Source: Balanoglossus misakiensis
Taxonomy: Eukaryota > Animalia > Hemichordata
Length of the DNA: 64,000 bases
Direction: 5' to 3'
Assembly (NCBI GenBank): GCA_040954595.2
Contig: CM082583.2
Span: 8,418,254 to 8,482,253, forward strand
Part shown: positions 38,643 to 51,236 of the stretch, piece after piece
How the letters are laid out: each line of letters begins with the position of its first letter
Numbering within the stretch: the stretch's first letter is position 1
Translations under genes and position numbers: made by a program
Notes under the pieces: generated by a model
Database searches by the model: none
Seen by the model: only the letters and a program-made list of their open reading frames with translations
What the model was told of the DNA's origin: nothing

Positions 38643-39680
38643 TCACAAGATTGGAACAACGGGAGATTTAGGTCTTCGTCTCTTCAGGTGTCCCCAGAAA
38701 TGCCGCATCCTATCAATAATCCTGCGATTCCTGGCGAAGTAAACGATGGGGTTGAGCACCGGCGGGCAGTTGATGACGATGGCGGCGATGCGGTGGAAGG
38801 CGTGCGGCAGGGCGTTGCAGTAGTTGTCGAAGATGAGCACGACGGCAGTCGGGAGGTAGCAGACGGCGAAATTGGCAATGATGATCAGCACACTCATGGC
38901 AATCTTGCGGCCGTCTTGGATGCGCCGCGTGCGCTTGGCCTTTTCGGTGGGACTCAACGCTTCCACGGTCTGGGTGTCCACCCTGACACTCTGTCGGCGG
39001 AAAGCCAGGCCAATCTGGGCGTAGCAGATAATGATGGTGACGAGAGGTATGATGAAGAAAAGCAATCCCGATAATATGGGATACCAGAGGCCGCTCTTAT
39101 GCCGCTCGACGTGACAGAGAAAATACCGTTCATCATAGACAGTGCGCGTTTCGGCGGGGATTAGGGGCACAACACTGAGCAGGCATAGGCACCACATGGT
39201 CACCAACATGACGCACACGTAACGCACTCGGAACAGTTTCTCGTGGAGAGTATTTTGACAGACAAGTAAACAGTTCTTTAACGCCAACAGCATGATGGTC
39301 ATTATGGAGACGGAGCCTAGACAGTACTTGAGAGCGGAGACCATTCTGCACAACACCAGTTCTTGCCTCATCCAGCGATGGTGAATGATTGAGACGACCA
39401 GAAAGGGCTGATACAGCATGGATATGACAAAGTCCACAAGTGCGAGATTTAAGATCAGGACGAGAACATTCTTCCTCCTAAAGTTCGCTCTCAGCAGACA
39501 ACACCCTATGATCAACACAGTCGCATTGCTGCAGAAGCCAAACGCCGACAAAGTTGACATGATAAACGCCTGTGACATTATCGCTGCAGGTCGAAGATCC
39601 ACATTGACGGTACAGTCGTTGACCGCTAGGTGAGACGTTATGTTTGAGACGGTCGCCTCGCCAATCTTTGTCAAAGTCAT
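38643..39680 (-). CDS. Intronless rhodopsin-family (class A) GPCR, orphan; melatonin receptor/Tre1-like appearance
   Basis: 345 aa, 7 hydrophobic segments; TM1 GxxxN, TM2 NLALVD, TM3 Cys plus ECL2 Cys, TM4 W, TM5 P..I..CY, TM6 F.VCYLP, TM7 LNPIVY; N-terminal NIT sequon. Confidence 0.93.
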   Translation of the reverse strand: MTLTKIGEATVSNITSHLAVNDCTVNVDLRPAAIMSQAFIMSTLSAFGFCSNATVLIIGCCLLRANFRRKNVLVLILNLALVDFVISMLYQPFLVVSIIHHRWMRQELVLCRMVSALKYCLGSVSIMTIMLLALKNCLLVCQNTLHEKLFRVRYVCVMLVTMWCLCLLSVVPLIPAETRTVYDERYFLCHVERHKSGLWYPILSGLLFFIIPLVTIIICYAQIGLAFRRQSVRVDTQTVEALSPTEKAKRTRRIQDGRKIAMSVLIIIANFAVCYLPTAVVLIFDNYCNALPHAFHRIAAIVINCPPVLNPIVYFARNRRIIDRMRHFWGHLKRRRPKSPVVPIL

Positions 39681-40349
39681 GATCGGCTTTTCAGTGATTC
39701 ACAAGTTCCTTGTCTATAGAGAAGATGTTGTGACGCGGCTTTCTTAGTGTTCCTCGTCACGGGCAGTCACTTTCCCGATTAATACCACTGGAAAAACGGT
39801 ACCATTGCGATAACACCAACAGGATGATGAAGCAAATGATCGCCTTCGCTGCTAAACTACCAACTGGTGATGAACACGTATTGTCCCCCTCGATTTACAC
39901 TTCCAACTAGTCTCAAATCTTGTTTTCATAGACTCATATTCCTAAACTTCGTAGAATCTTTCACGCGCAGCAGTTATGGCGTGAGTTTTATCTTGTTGCT
40001 CTTGTGTCTTCAGGTGCCTGACGTCTTTGTACTTCTGCGCTTTCTCCCAATATATGTCTGACTCGAACTTGTGAGCGGCAATCACTCCGCTCGACCACGG
40101 CCACTCCACAAATGATAAGAAAGACCTTGTTTCGAACACAATACTGTATTGAGTGTGCCTGTTGGAACAAACCATTTAACTTGAGGGAGGGCCACTTCGC
40201 GACAATACTTTAGTGAGGGGAGCCTTTGTCCAGTAACAGTAGGCGTTCGCTTGAACATACTTTACACGACACTTGTTGCAGTGTGTTTGATACGAGTGCA
40301 CTTGTGAACACGCATGCAACACGTGTGTTCACGTCATGAGATTAACATG

Positions 40350-40780
40350 GTTAAGGTAGAATAGCCTCGAAAATAAAAGTCTTGAACTTTTTCTCACATT
40401 TTGCTCAATTGAAGGCAACTTTGCATTTATTTCTCTTAAAATTGACAAAAAAACTCAGATACCCCTATGTCTTGAGACATTGATTAAAGCAATTTCAAAA
40501 ATACGCGATAATGCCTAAATGTTATTGAACCACCCTCTCATTTATTTGGGGTTTTGAACAATCAAATTTTGCTGAGCCATCCATGGTACAAACACGATGG
40601 AGTCAAGGAAATTAATACCCTTTCCAGTAAACACACTTTCAAGGTAAGTAATTTGATACAAATAGAAGCTGTAAAAACTCCTGTTTCGGGAAATCCTAAA
40701 AGTTTCATAAAACCACAATAAATAAGCGGGTGTTTTGACCAAATCTATCGCCGAGGAATGAAATAGCAACATTTCAAGGG
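40350..40780. mobile_element. Degenerate dispersed repeat (MITE-like), related to 51420-51780
   Basis: Shared start TTAAG..CCTC(G/A)AAAAT.AAAGTCTT(G/A)AACTTTT..CTCA.ATTTT.CTCAA..GGCAAC at both sites; right boundary approximate. Confidence 0.45.
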
Positions 40781-42302
40781 CAATAAATGTATCGGGAATT
40801 CGAAAGTTTTAACGTATCTCCGAAGATTATAATGGTTTTTGGGGGGATCAAGATGTTAAGAGACACAACTAGATGGTTGAGATTAATTGACCACTAATCC
40901 TCGTTTGGTTCTTGTAGAACACGTGGGGCCGATAAAATTTCATGAATAGATGCGAGATATAAATACCCAGGAAAACTGTGTAAAAGATATAGCTTCATTG
41001 TATTCCAGTAAACCAACGACTTGAAAGCATTGAATTACTGTGTAAGCTTATATTATCTTTCTTTCCGGATCACATCTGAATTTACCGATTGTGGATCACA
41101 TTTGGCCCGGGCAATGATTAATTGAAAATACGTATACAGATTTTTATTTATCAGCATTAACATTAAGCGTCGGATCCAAATGTCTTATCTTACGCCCGTA
41201 GTAACAATCGGAGAATTCAGAAACATAAAAAGCTTCATTCTTGCTTTCGAATCAAACGCCCACAGTTTCGTCTCTTTGATATCGTAAACAAGGTCAACCG
41301 TTACTGGAAACTGCATACTGGCTCAGTATATTGTGAAAACATGCGTTCGGTTACATGTAAATAGACTCCCTTCCTTCAATATTGTTAAACAGATGTGTGA
41401 ATCACGAAGAGGGAGGAAATGTATATTGCCAAAAGCAAAATTGTAAAGAGAATGCTTTCCTGAAATGGGAAAATGTTGACTTAACATTTTTTTCACGCAA
41501 TGTGGTAGGGTTTAGACATGGTTCATAGTCAAGTATAAATTTTATTTTATAAGCAAAATGCAATTATGCAAACTAAATTTTGAATTGACAGGTTGGATAC
41601 CCTTATGAAGTGCAATTCATGTTATAAACTTTAGTTCTGTCATATCTTTGTCCAATTGAATATATTTTCAAATGCAATTCGGTGCAATCACCCAGGAAAT
41701 ATGGCACTCTGGCCTAACCTAGTCATAAATGATCTCTTGCGTCCAATAATAAATAAGGATATGCGGAATTAATAAATTATTCATAATTGACTTAATCTTC
41801 TCCATCAGGATCTTTATCCCCAAGACTGTATTAATTTTGCAAGCACCCTAAGTATACGTACTTGTATTCCCGATTTGTGAACTATCAAAAGGTCCATGTC
41901 CCTGATGGTAAGTTGGTGGCAAAGTTGTAAATGTGAGGTTGCAATTTTGTTTTTCTCTGGGACAATACAAAAGTTGTCAATGTGAGATAATTCCTTCTCT
42001 GCTTGCCTCTTCCATTATTAAACATATGAATCTCTTTCTTCAACTGCGTCAAGACAAGGTCTACTTGACATTGGTAACATGCTGAACGAGTTTTTCGCGA
42101 AGCCAAAGGGTTGTTATGTGTATCGTGGCACAATCCTACAAAGGTGTTGATTAGCAGAATGCCAAAGTGACTTCCTGCACACGGGCACTTGTGAACATTA
42201 TATATGCATGAACACTTACGTAGGAACAAATTTGTTCTCAGACATCAGACAAACAAGATATTGGACAACTGTTTGCCTTTGGCACGTACACAGTGTTGAA
42301 AA

Positions 42303-43211
42303 TCACAATATTGTGCAAACGTTTGACTTTTTCATGTCATCATCAATTTTTGATGGCAGAACATCATCATCCTCGTTTGCATCGATCGTTGCGGTCAACT
42401 GAAGGTTTCCGTTGTCCAAGTCTGTCGCAGAAAGAATATGCTGTACACTTCCGTTACTTTTATTGTTGATTACTGTGGCTCCTTGGTGGCAGACTCCATT
42501 TGAAATCTTTCTCGTCTCGCTGTGCGTTTCACCGTTGTGATTCATTGGCATCTGTGCTGTCTCCAGTACCTCCAAGGCAGGTGTTTCACAGCTTTCTGTT
42601 ATCTCACTATCTTCCATCTTCTCCAACACACCACTCTGCTGTGTACTTCCTGTTTTGGCACCAGTAGTGACATATTCTCCATCTTTTCCCTTCTTTATCT
42701 CACTGACACCCTTCATTGATTTATTTGCTTGAATGTGCGTGTGGTTCCCTAACACTTGGTCCTTCCTAACTTGCTCCTTATCAGGTCCAGCTGTTGATAT
42801 GTTTCCATGTTGAGAATCTGCTTCACTGCGAAATGCATTGACAGTGCCAGATTCTTCCAACTCATCTGTACTCTCAAAATCACTTGATATGTGAACTGGG
42901 ACATCGACGTTTGCTATTTCTGTAAATAAAATATCTTCAATATTCACTTCTTTCCGCGGTATGGCATTCTTAATAAGGCGATCGTAAAGTTCTCTCAGTT
43001 TTACAGATGTAAATGGTGCTTCATTTTCAGCACAGGTGAAGTCAATATAGGAATATTTGCTTAATGGCAAGTCGACAGACCCCCTAGGAGGCCAGAACAT
43101 TTTCTCCATGACAAGTGGAATGATGGGTATCTTCTGGACACAGCCTAAGGTGACCTCTCTGCAGCAGCTTGGTAATGTGGTGAACTTTGGTGTGACACAA
43201 CAAAGCATTAC
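42303..43211 (-). CDS. ARM-Death-TIR-TIR-CaaX protein, last exon (C-half of TIR2, low-complexity tail, CTIL stop)
   Basis: ttgcag|VMLCCVTPKFTTLPSCCREVTLG..KIPIIPLV..WPP..YIDF (TIR_2 betaC-betaE); ends KKSNVCTIL*. Confidence 0.85.
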   Translation of the reverse strand, partial: VMLCCVTPKFTTLPSCCREVTLGCVQKIPIIPLVMEKMFWPPRGSVDLPLSKYSYIDFTCAENEAPFTSVKLRELYDRLIKNAIPRKEVNIEDILFTEIANVDVPVHISSDFESTDELEESGTVNAFRSEADSQHGNISTAGPDKEQVRKDQVLGNHTHIQANKSMKGVSEIKKGKDGEYVTTGAKTGSTQQSGVLEKMEDSEITESCETPALEVLETAQMPMNHNGETHSETRKISNGVCHQGATVINNKSNGSVQHILSATDLDNGNLQLTATIDANEDDDVLPSKIDDDMKKSNVCTIL

Positions 43212-43753
43212 CTGCAAGAGGACAACATGAAAGTATAAGCTTCAGTGCAATAAAGGTTTCATGGCATATACCTTTTGGACAGGATGTGCAAGTGTCTGTT
43301 GGACACACGCCCTAGTGTTTGCCCAAGCACCGTCGATGTTCGCCACCCTAAACTTTAACTTGTGGGTGGAAAATGTCCAGATGGTACAGGGAGTGATCAT
43401 CCTGGTTGATCTATTGTGGGTGACACAGTTCGAGCAGGATGCGCCAACTAACTTTTCAAAACACCAGACGTCACTTGCTGGTCTTTTTGCCGGAATTCCA
43501 TGTATCTTTCTTTCACGGACTTGACTTCGTTAAGTGTCTTTTGTTGATTGTGCTGTGCTGTGCTGTATTATTTAGTGACATGCAGTCTGTTTTTGAAACT
43601 GGCCATGTAAATACTTTACATTTGACCTATGATCTTTAGATTATGAATAGGTAAGATCGCAATTATATGTTTGATTTATTCTGACAAACACACAATTGTT
43701 TCTTGTGGTGTAAATTCAGAACACTTAAGCAAAAAACATGATGTGATGTCCAC

Positions 43754-43924
43754 CTTTGAATTTTGAATAGCTTTGGCTGCTTGCTCGGCGAGGGGAACAC
43801 TTCCGAGATTAAGAACGTCCAACCAACATGAGAATCCCAACTGAGACAGCACAGCATTCAACACCAGGGCTTCCGCTAATTTGTCCCATTGATAGCAGAT
43901 GAACACTGACGCTGCTTGATTGCT
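43754..43924 (-). CDS. ARM-Death-TIR-TIR protein exon (N-half of TIR2)
   Basis: cctcag|SNQAASVFICYQWD..LSQLGFSCWLDV..AIQNSK|gt; TIR box 1 F(I)xY and GxxxWxD; phase 0/0. Confidence 0.88.
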
Positions 43925-44530
43925 CTGAGGATGAAGACAACAACATTAACATAAACTTATAAATCAGACAAGCAATGATACATACTGGTAACACTACATT
44001 GATTGATTTTCAAAGAGCAGTATCTATTAAACAAATGCAAACTTAATCAATAGAACTGCATTATAGCAACTTTATATCAAAGCTTTGATTATTTGCATCA
44101 TGTAATTTTAGCGATTTTAGAACTAGTTATAAATGTAAATAGTAATGTTATATGTTTGCAGAATAAAGCTGCATAGAAAAGTTGACACATAGGCCATTCC
44201 CTATGCAAAACTTTCAATGAAAATTAATCCTCCTGTACGTCTCAGTGAATATGTCAGGTGGATCGACAGACAAGACATAAAACTACATTCCTGACATCAG
44301 TCCTGCTAAATTAATGTTCCCCAGTATACCATATAATTACTTAATTGCCTCAATTGGCTCTGACAATGATGAAAGGTTACCCATGACGCGTCCATGTGAG
44401 ATACCCTTTGTACAGGGCCTTAATAACAAGGCTCACATTTCTTGTCCATGCATCTTTCGTGTAAAGGATATTCCTGTGACCTTTCATAATCACCATCTAA
44501 AATCATCCAAGAGACAGGATACATACATAC

Positions 44531-44619
44531 CTCAGGAGTCTGCTTAATGGGAAATTTCAATAAGCTCTCTTGTAAGTTGGGGGATATCTTCTCAAGAGTG
44601 GGTATCCAGTTTTTATATT
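44531..44619 (-). CDS. ARM-Death-TIR-TIR protein exon (inter-TIR linker)
   Basis: cacaag|(E)YKNWIPTLEKISPNLQESLLKFPIKQTPE|gtatgt; phases 1/0 fit neighbours. Confidence 0.75.
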
Positions 44620-45444
44620 CTTGTGAAAAAAAAGATAAAAAAAACTTAATATGATTATTAGAATTTAATCTGAAGGGCAAACGTTTTCTATTGGTATCAT
44701 TATACCTGCATGGTTGAAACATTATACATGTACCACTGAGATAAAAAACAAGGGCAGTATTAGAATAGCTGCATGCACCCCATGCAGAGCAGCTAGTACA
44801 TTGTACACTACTATTTCATTTACCTCAGGTTATTTTTTACAGCACGCACATATGCGAACTTTCTGACATTAACGTCACAATATTCAGTGGAGTAACTTTG
44901 GATTTATAGTGCTAATAGTAGAAATTAACCATCAGAAAATTAATCTACAGTCCCCCAAATTTAGTCAGCTTTTGCCATTTCAAAAGTATATCTGTTCACA
45001 AAATTTAGCTTAAATTCGATCAAGCATTCTTGGGATATCAATAAGACAGACATATAATCACAGACAATGATCACTGTGGCATATAACTTGAGCCCTGATG
45101 TATGAAAAAACGGCTAAAAAGTCCGCCCTACAGCCTTATAAGATCAAACTGTGACACAAATTAATATTTGTCTATGGGGACTAAACATGGCCTTGACATT
45201 CACTGGTCTGTGATTTCATCTGTAATTCAATCAGCTTGAAAAGAAAACATTACTAACACCTCAATACACAAGACTAACAGTGAACTGTAAACATTCAAGT
45301 CGAGTTCAACTAAGGAGCAGTGAAAATTGAGAAGTACAGCTTAGACAAACAACAGAGACCTAGCAAAGGTAAAGGTACAACATAATCAGATTGTCCTTAG
45401 AGGAACATAAGACAAGTCAGACACCAAATAAACTAATTTTTTAC

Positions 45445-45682
45445 CTGCTTTGGTGATTTTGTCTACTCTGGGTGGCACATAATAGCAGATTCTGGCTAAG
45501 AGTTCCAGGAAATGAGAGAGCGGCCAAAAGATTCGTCCTCTTCTATTCTGAGCGCTGAATTCATACAACTGTACACACGGCAACTGCGAGAAGATGACAC
45601 TCATCGGGCCAGATGGTGGCCATTGCAATGGACCAATGATAACTGGAATAATTGGCTTGTCCAATCGTTGGGCCAGCTGGAC
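45445..45682 (-). CDS. ARM-Death-TIR-TIR protein exon (C-half of TIR1)
   Basis: cacag|VQLAQRLDKPIIPVIIGPLQWPPSGPMSVIFSQLPCVQLY...; G|gtaaaa donor. Confidence 0.88.
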
Positions 45683-45900
45683 CTGTGTCAAAATGTTAAT
45701 ATGTTTATCAATCAACCCTGATGAGATTACGGTAAAATGCACTTATTAGTTAATGAACAAAACCATGCTGGGAAAGGTTTTAGTCACCTTTGATACGCCG
45801 AACACCATATGCAAATGTGGCCACAGTTACCATGGAAAGTTGAGGTCTGGCCAATCACAGATTGCCCAAAATTCAAAATAGACCCTTTTGAAAATATTAC

Positions 45901-46163
45901 CTGTTTCAAACATGTAGGTGATGTCATGTATGTGCTGGTGCACATAACTAACACCAATTGACAGCCTTTCATGGCTTCTTCCATTTTCTGTAACAACTTC
46001 TCGCCACTTATAAACTTGCCCTTGTCCATCCAGCAGTCTAGTCCTGCCAGCTCCAAATGATAATGCAGCAACTTAACCTCTGAGTGGTTGCCAGAATGGT
46101 AACTGATGCAGACTGGGGAGATTTTCTCGGTGGTGCCGGCGAACGTCTCGGGTATGAGTTCAT
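45901..46163 (-). CDS. ARM-Death-TIR-TIR protein exon (N-half of TIR1); NAGNAG acceptor 46166/46163
   Basis: PVCISYHSGN..LELAGLDCWMDKG....GEKL...MEEAMKGCQLVLVMCTSTYMTSPTCLKQ|gtaata. Confidence 0.88.
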
Positions 46164-46939
46164 CTGCTTGTAAAGGGAGAGAGAAAGAGACATCTGAAAA
46201 CAAATTCTTCCTAATGTGTATGGCTACAATCAACTAAAATAATGCTATGTTTTATCAAAATTTGGACAAAGGACCTGAAGTCAAATTTGAAGCAAGTGGA
46301 CCTGCTGTTTTTCAGAATAGATCCACAGTATACTACATATTTTTGTCAAATATTTCCATGCTGTGTAATCATAAAGGAAATATTTCTACAATACAAAAAA
46401 AATGATTCCCAACTATATAAGCTATATAGGAACATAGTGATGTTTATGTGATACAAATGATGTTTGACTACTGAAAGTCTTACTGTGAATGCCTTCAGGA
46501 GCTAACATGTTTCTTGCATTGGGCCATGAAAGTCGTGACTTTATGTTCATTTTGAATGTGTTATACATGCTCATATAAACATCATGCGACAGGCAGTACC
46601 AGAAGAATTACTCAGATGTGAATAAATAAAAGCCTGAAATGCAATGGGCAGTTGGAATGTATAAACATGACCAGACTCAGATTGCTCATGCAGTTTAATT
46701 GCTACCATGAACAATTTGCTTTTGATGTTTATAGAATATGAAATCAACATGCAAACTGAATATGTCATAGTGTGCACTGATTTGCATAATGCATGTACGA
46801 TATGTGCCTGTGATTGACAGTGCAACATATATGACGTCAGCTAAGCTTCTCTGACCTTTACACGTTCCAACTCGTCCAATGCCTAAAGAAACAGAAAACT
46901 GAGTAATCTGACAAATGGCTGGTGCAACCTTCTCCATAC

Positions 46940-47213
46940 CATTCACTGACGAGGAATCAGTCAAGATCTCAAGGCAATCTTTCCTCCCTACGTGTTGTAG
47001 TGCGACGTACACTGCATGGACTGCGCTGTAGTCGTCGCGCGTCTTGCACCACTGACCGAGAAGTGCGCATGTCGGACTGGTTTTCTTGGAGAAGGACTGG
47101 ACGTCTTCAAACGAGAAGCCAAGATACACCGCCAAGAACCTCCAGTCATTTGGGCCATCTCTGTCCAGCAGAACAGCTAAACGATTGCACCATTCTGGTA
47201 CAGAATTGACATT
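46940..47213 (-). CDS. ARM-Death-TIR-TIR protein exon (Death domain)
   Basis: RLAVLLDRDGPNDWRFLAVYLGFSFEDVQSF...SPTCALLGQW...VYVALQHVGRKDCLEIL; classic Death-domain pattern. Confidence 0.9.
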
Positions 47214-47397
47214 CTGAAGGGAAACCACAAAGAATAGGAATCAAAGATGGTTATACAGTTTTATTAAAAATTGCCAAGAGAGTTTTATTTCTGCTTCAAC
47301 TTTGAAACATTTGGGGTTTTGTTCCAGGTAACACACAGTGGCGCACAAAAAAACACAATTTACAGTTGCTGCTTCTTTCCAAAATTGCAGTACTCAC

Positions 47398-47608
47398 TTG
47401 TGTCTGATTAATTTTGGAATCTTCATTCTTCACGTTCTTCTCATCGCGCAAGGCTGTCTTCTCTGCTGAAAGTGCATCCGTCGGTTTCAGACAACTTCCT
47501 CCACTGACGTTTGATTTTTCATTCCCTTTTTGGTTGTTTTGATCAACAGCTTCGGGTTGTTCCAGAGAAGGATTGTGCGTTTTGGTTTTGAAAAAGTCAG
47601 GGTCTGTA
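47398..47608 (-). CDS. ARM-Death-TIR-TIR protein exon (hydrophilic linker)
   Basis: ttcacag|(S)TDPDFFKTKTHNPSLEQPE...DSKINQTQ|gtgagt; open frame, phases 2/0 fit. Confidence 0.7.
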
Positions 47609-47761
47609 CTGTGAAAATAAATCCGGATTGGGTTTTAGCTTTTGTGGTCACCCATGGGAGCTTCCAATGTACCATCTGTCTGTAAGACATATAACTTATC
47701 TCGTCCAATGAAATCTTGTCATGAGAGGGGATGTAGTTATAAAATATGTATAATTATTTAC

Positions 47762-47970
47762 CTGTTGCCATCAATGAAATCCATAAGACTTTGAACATAG
47801 TCCTCACTTCCCCTTGTTCCCAGAGCAGTTATTGCACTTTTATAATTTTGTAAGAGTTTCTTGTATTTGATTCCGATTGCTCGTATACATGTAAATATGG
47901 CAGGGTAGTAGGCTTCATCGACTGCTTTGAACTGTACCAAGCAGTTGGTCAGAATTTTCCGAGCTTCTGT
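47762..47970 (-). CDS. ARM-Death-TIR-TIR protein exon (end of VEPH1/Melted-like helical region)
   Basis: ttcag|TEARKILTNCLVQFKAVDEAYYPAIFTCIRAIGIKYKKLL...DGN AG|gtaaat. Confidence 0.8.
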
Positions 47971-50900
47971 CTGAAATGTATGGCATTGAAACAGTAATTT
48001 TAAAAATCAAGGCACAGATATAGTTTGTTAACCTGTCAGCAAATGCAAAGAAGCATATTGTTAAGGTTTCTGTGTGCGTCTCACACTTTTCTATCATTGT
48101 ATGGGGGTATCTGGAGAAATGATAGGTGGTAATTCCATCCTGCACAAACTGGTACTAGCTGTTACAGACTATAAATTGTACTGTTCTCTTTAAATGTACC
48201 GTACTGTACACCTCCCAAAAAACCAAGTAGATGGGGCACATTAACAGGAAGCAATTTGAGCTGATGGAACCAATGATGTGCACATAAACGGTGAATCCAT
48301 CAGGCGGCATAAATGGAACAATTCAAGTAAGCAGTGATTGCCATTTAACCACCTTTGAGCTGTCAACAAAGAAAACCTTAGACAGTAATTTTCATTTCAT
48401 AGGTGTACTGAAATAACTGCAATAGCATTCGCAAGGCCCATTACTGATCGTTAACATCATGGTCATGCCTGGCTTGATTTGAAAAGCCAGCAGCCCAGTT
48501 TCCCTGAGAAGAAAACGAACTAGAGATTGACAATTTCGATTTTCAAGTGTGTATATCTTTACAGCGTGTTTGCTATACTGTCCACCAAAAGATTATATGA
48601 TCGTGCTGGCGTCAAACTTGCAAAAGATTTCACCTTTCTGGAGTTGGTTTCAGTTATTAGTTTCATCCACACAAATGTTCAATTTTAAAAGGTTTGGATG
48701 TGTAAGTTCCATCTGCAACAGTTTCCAGAATTTTAGGAAAAACCTCATCAAATCTAATCTAAACCACGCACTGTCTATTAGTGTTCAGTACAGTCACACC
48801 ACAATACAGTAAGCTAAACTGAAAGAAATTGAATCTCACACTCTATAGAGATTTAATTAGACTCTGGGTCAAGGCCCACTTGTTTACTATATATGGGAAA
48901 GTAGTTGTCGGTATCTGTTAATATTTAATGATCAATATATATACAATAATTGGTTTGAAGGAGGCAATTTTGAGTTTGATGAGACCTGCTTACGATACCT
49001 CCATTATTGACTTCTTTCTCCTCTATTACTGGTCGAAAAACATCTTAGTTATTGAATAAATAATACCAAAGGTTCTATAGGCTTCCACACCCACATGAGT
49101 GCATGGATATCAAAAAGTTCAAATCCATGGTTTTGGATGCACGCATGCATACATAACTACGTGCACAGGAGACTAGGGATTTAGGTAGCTTGTGAAGTTC
49201 ATGACAGCATATTTTTCACCGCAAATATTGTGGTAAAAAAAACATATTTACATGAAAGACCTACATACCAATAGAAAGTTAATCTTATGCGTGGAATCAG
49301 CGTCTTGATTTCATGAAAATTGGTTCTTTAAATTTTCTCCATAGACTTGAGATTTGCGGCCATTTTAAATTTCAAATTTATTATCACTGGAAATGTTGCA
49401 TGGTGACCCAGATTATCGACCTAAGAAATTCATTTTTTTTTGACGCGAAAACTTCCAGAGCAGTGCAATAACTCTAGTCTATCGCTTTTAAGTTGAGAAT
49501 ACAAATTGGGGGTAATGCCTGCAAAATTTTGAATGAAACAGCAAATTTGCCTTAAATTTGAAACCGAAAGTGGAGAAAAGCTGCAGGAATCATACAATTT
49601 TCACTCATTTTTTCCCTTTCACTAAACGTTCAATTTACATTCACTGTGTCTAAACTACACCTTCTAGGAAGGGTTGTTACAGGAACTCTTGCACAAAGAG
49701 CTCACAAATACCATATTCTGCTGTTGGCAAGTATTTCAAACCAGTGGCAATTTTTTCTCTTTCATCAAGTTTACCCTGCAGATCATTCACATGAAGAAAA
49801 GAAAGACAGGACTATATGTGATACTTAGACAACCACAGGTTTCAAATTGCTACCCATGCATGCAGTTCAAGGTAAATCTTGCGTTACACGTATACATACA
49901 AATATTAATACACCCACACACACTGATATGCTCTTGGAAAATCAAGCCTGCTGCAATTTCGGCTCTGATAACTTTGCTCAGGTTTTTCCCTGCATAAATG
50001 TCACTGGTGCATACAATTTCACTTGACTGATTCTAAAAGCAGGTTTTTGTTCAAACTCCACTATCTGTAACTGTTTACTTTTTTTCTCGCAGCACTTTTC
50101 TTCCGTGTATTGACCGTGATTTCCTGTTTGCCGTCCTACATATTTTTTTCGTTCTGTTTGGCTCTCAACATAGCAAATGTGTGTATAATCAGCATGACTC
50201 TTGTTATAAAATAAAGTTTAGACTTGAATGTACATGTACGGTACTTGTCATTCAATAACAATGGTCAGTACATGACTTATGGACGACCTGAAAACTAGGA
50301 ATCTAAGGACACTGTATGGAGGAAGGATACATTAAGATTGTTAACGAAACCTGAAAAACAACACATAAAAATGCCAGAAGTTGCAATTAGTGACACTGTA
50401 AGTAATCTGCAGCATTTTCAGAAGATTTGCTAGCCTTAAATTGTGTCTATTATTTGATAAAAAAATTATAGATGGCAGGCGTACGAATTAGATACTGTTG
50501 CAATAAGAAGTACATAATAGTCTAGACATTTGAATATCTGTTATATGATATGCAATTGGGGTTGCATTTCACCAATCATTTTCTGCAGTCGTATTTGTAC
50601 CAAGGTGAAGCTTTAATGTTGGCTATTATAGATAATTCAAATGGTGTCAAAATACATCGTACATGTCAATTGAATGAAATTCATCCCTGCACGCTTTATG
50701 CTCACATGAAAAGCAAAATTTTGTTTTCTTCTTTGGACTCAAGGAAAACTTGTGAAATGGATAAAATATCTAGCTAATCGGTCAAGTTGTAATCATTGTG
50801 CAGTGTACATTACATTGAGATGAACTGTTTGCATAAACTTGTGTGCTATGGTACATTCTAATCTCCTAACAAAGCTTTTTGTTAGCTTATAATCTGAAAT

Positions 50901-51026
50901 ATAAAATGTATGAAATCTTCTCGGGGAATGGTATAAAACTTGTGAAAGACACAGAATTGTATCTGATATCTGTCAATTTAAGTATAAATTCAGTTCAACA
51001 ATTATTGTTTGCAAATTTACACTCAC

Positions 51027-51236
51027 CTCATTTTGCATTGCCACATTGGTAAATATTTTGTCCACATAGCCCACGTGGTAGGGTTGCCTTTCAACCAGCA
51101 TACTGAGTTTGTCGACCATTGCAACAAATCGCTCGGGATAGTGATCAGACAGAATACAAAGGCAAGGCAGAGAAGCCGATGACACCACAGTGTCACTGAA
51201 ACTGTCAGTCAAAATTCTTAAATAGGAAAGGATTTG
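51027..51236 (-). CDS. ARM-Death-TIR-TIR protein exon (helical repeat region)
   Basis: tttcag|QILSYLRILTDSFSD...LSDHYPERF...LVERQPYHVGYVDKIFTNVAMQNE|gtgagt; resembles VEPH1 segment ERFPYLTGQMARIYGAVG (from memory). Confidence 0.82.

Noticed and set aside
38684-39633. Overlapping or antisense ORFs across the GPCR (and 7992-9137 across the nAChR exons)
   Set aside because: Shadow frames from GC-rich codon usage of the real CDS; no recognisable motifs
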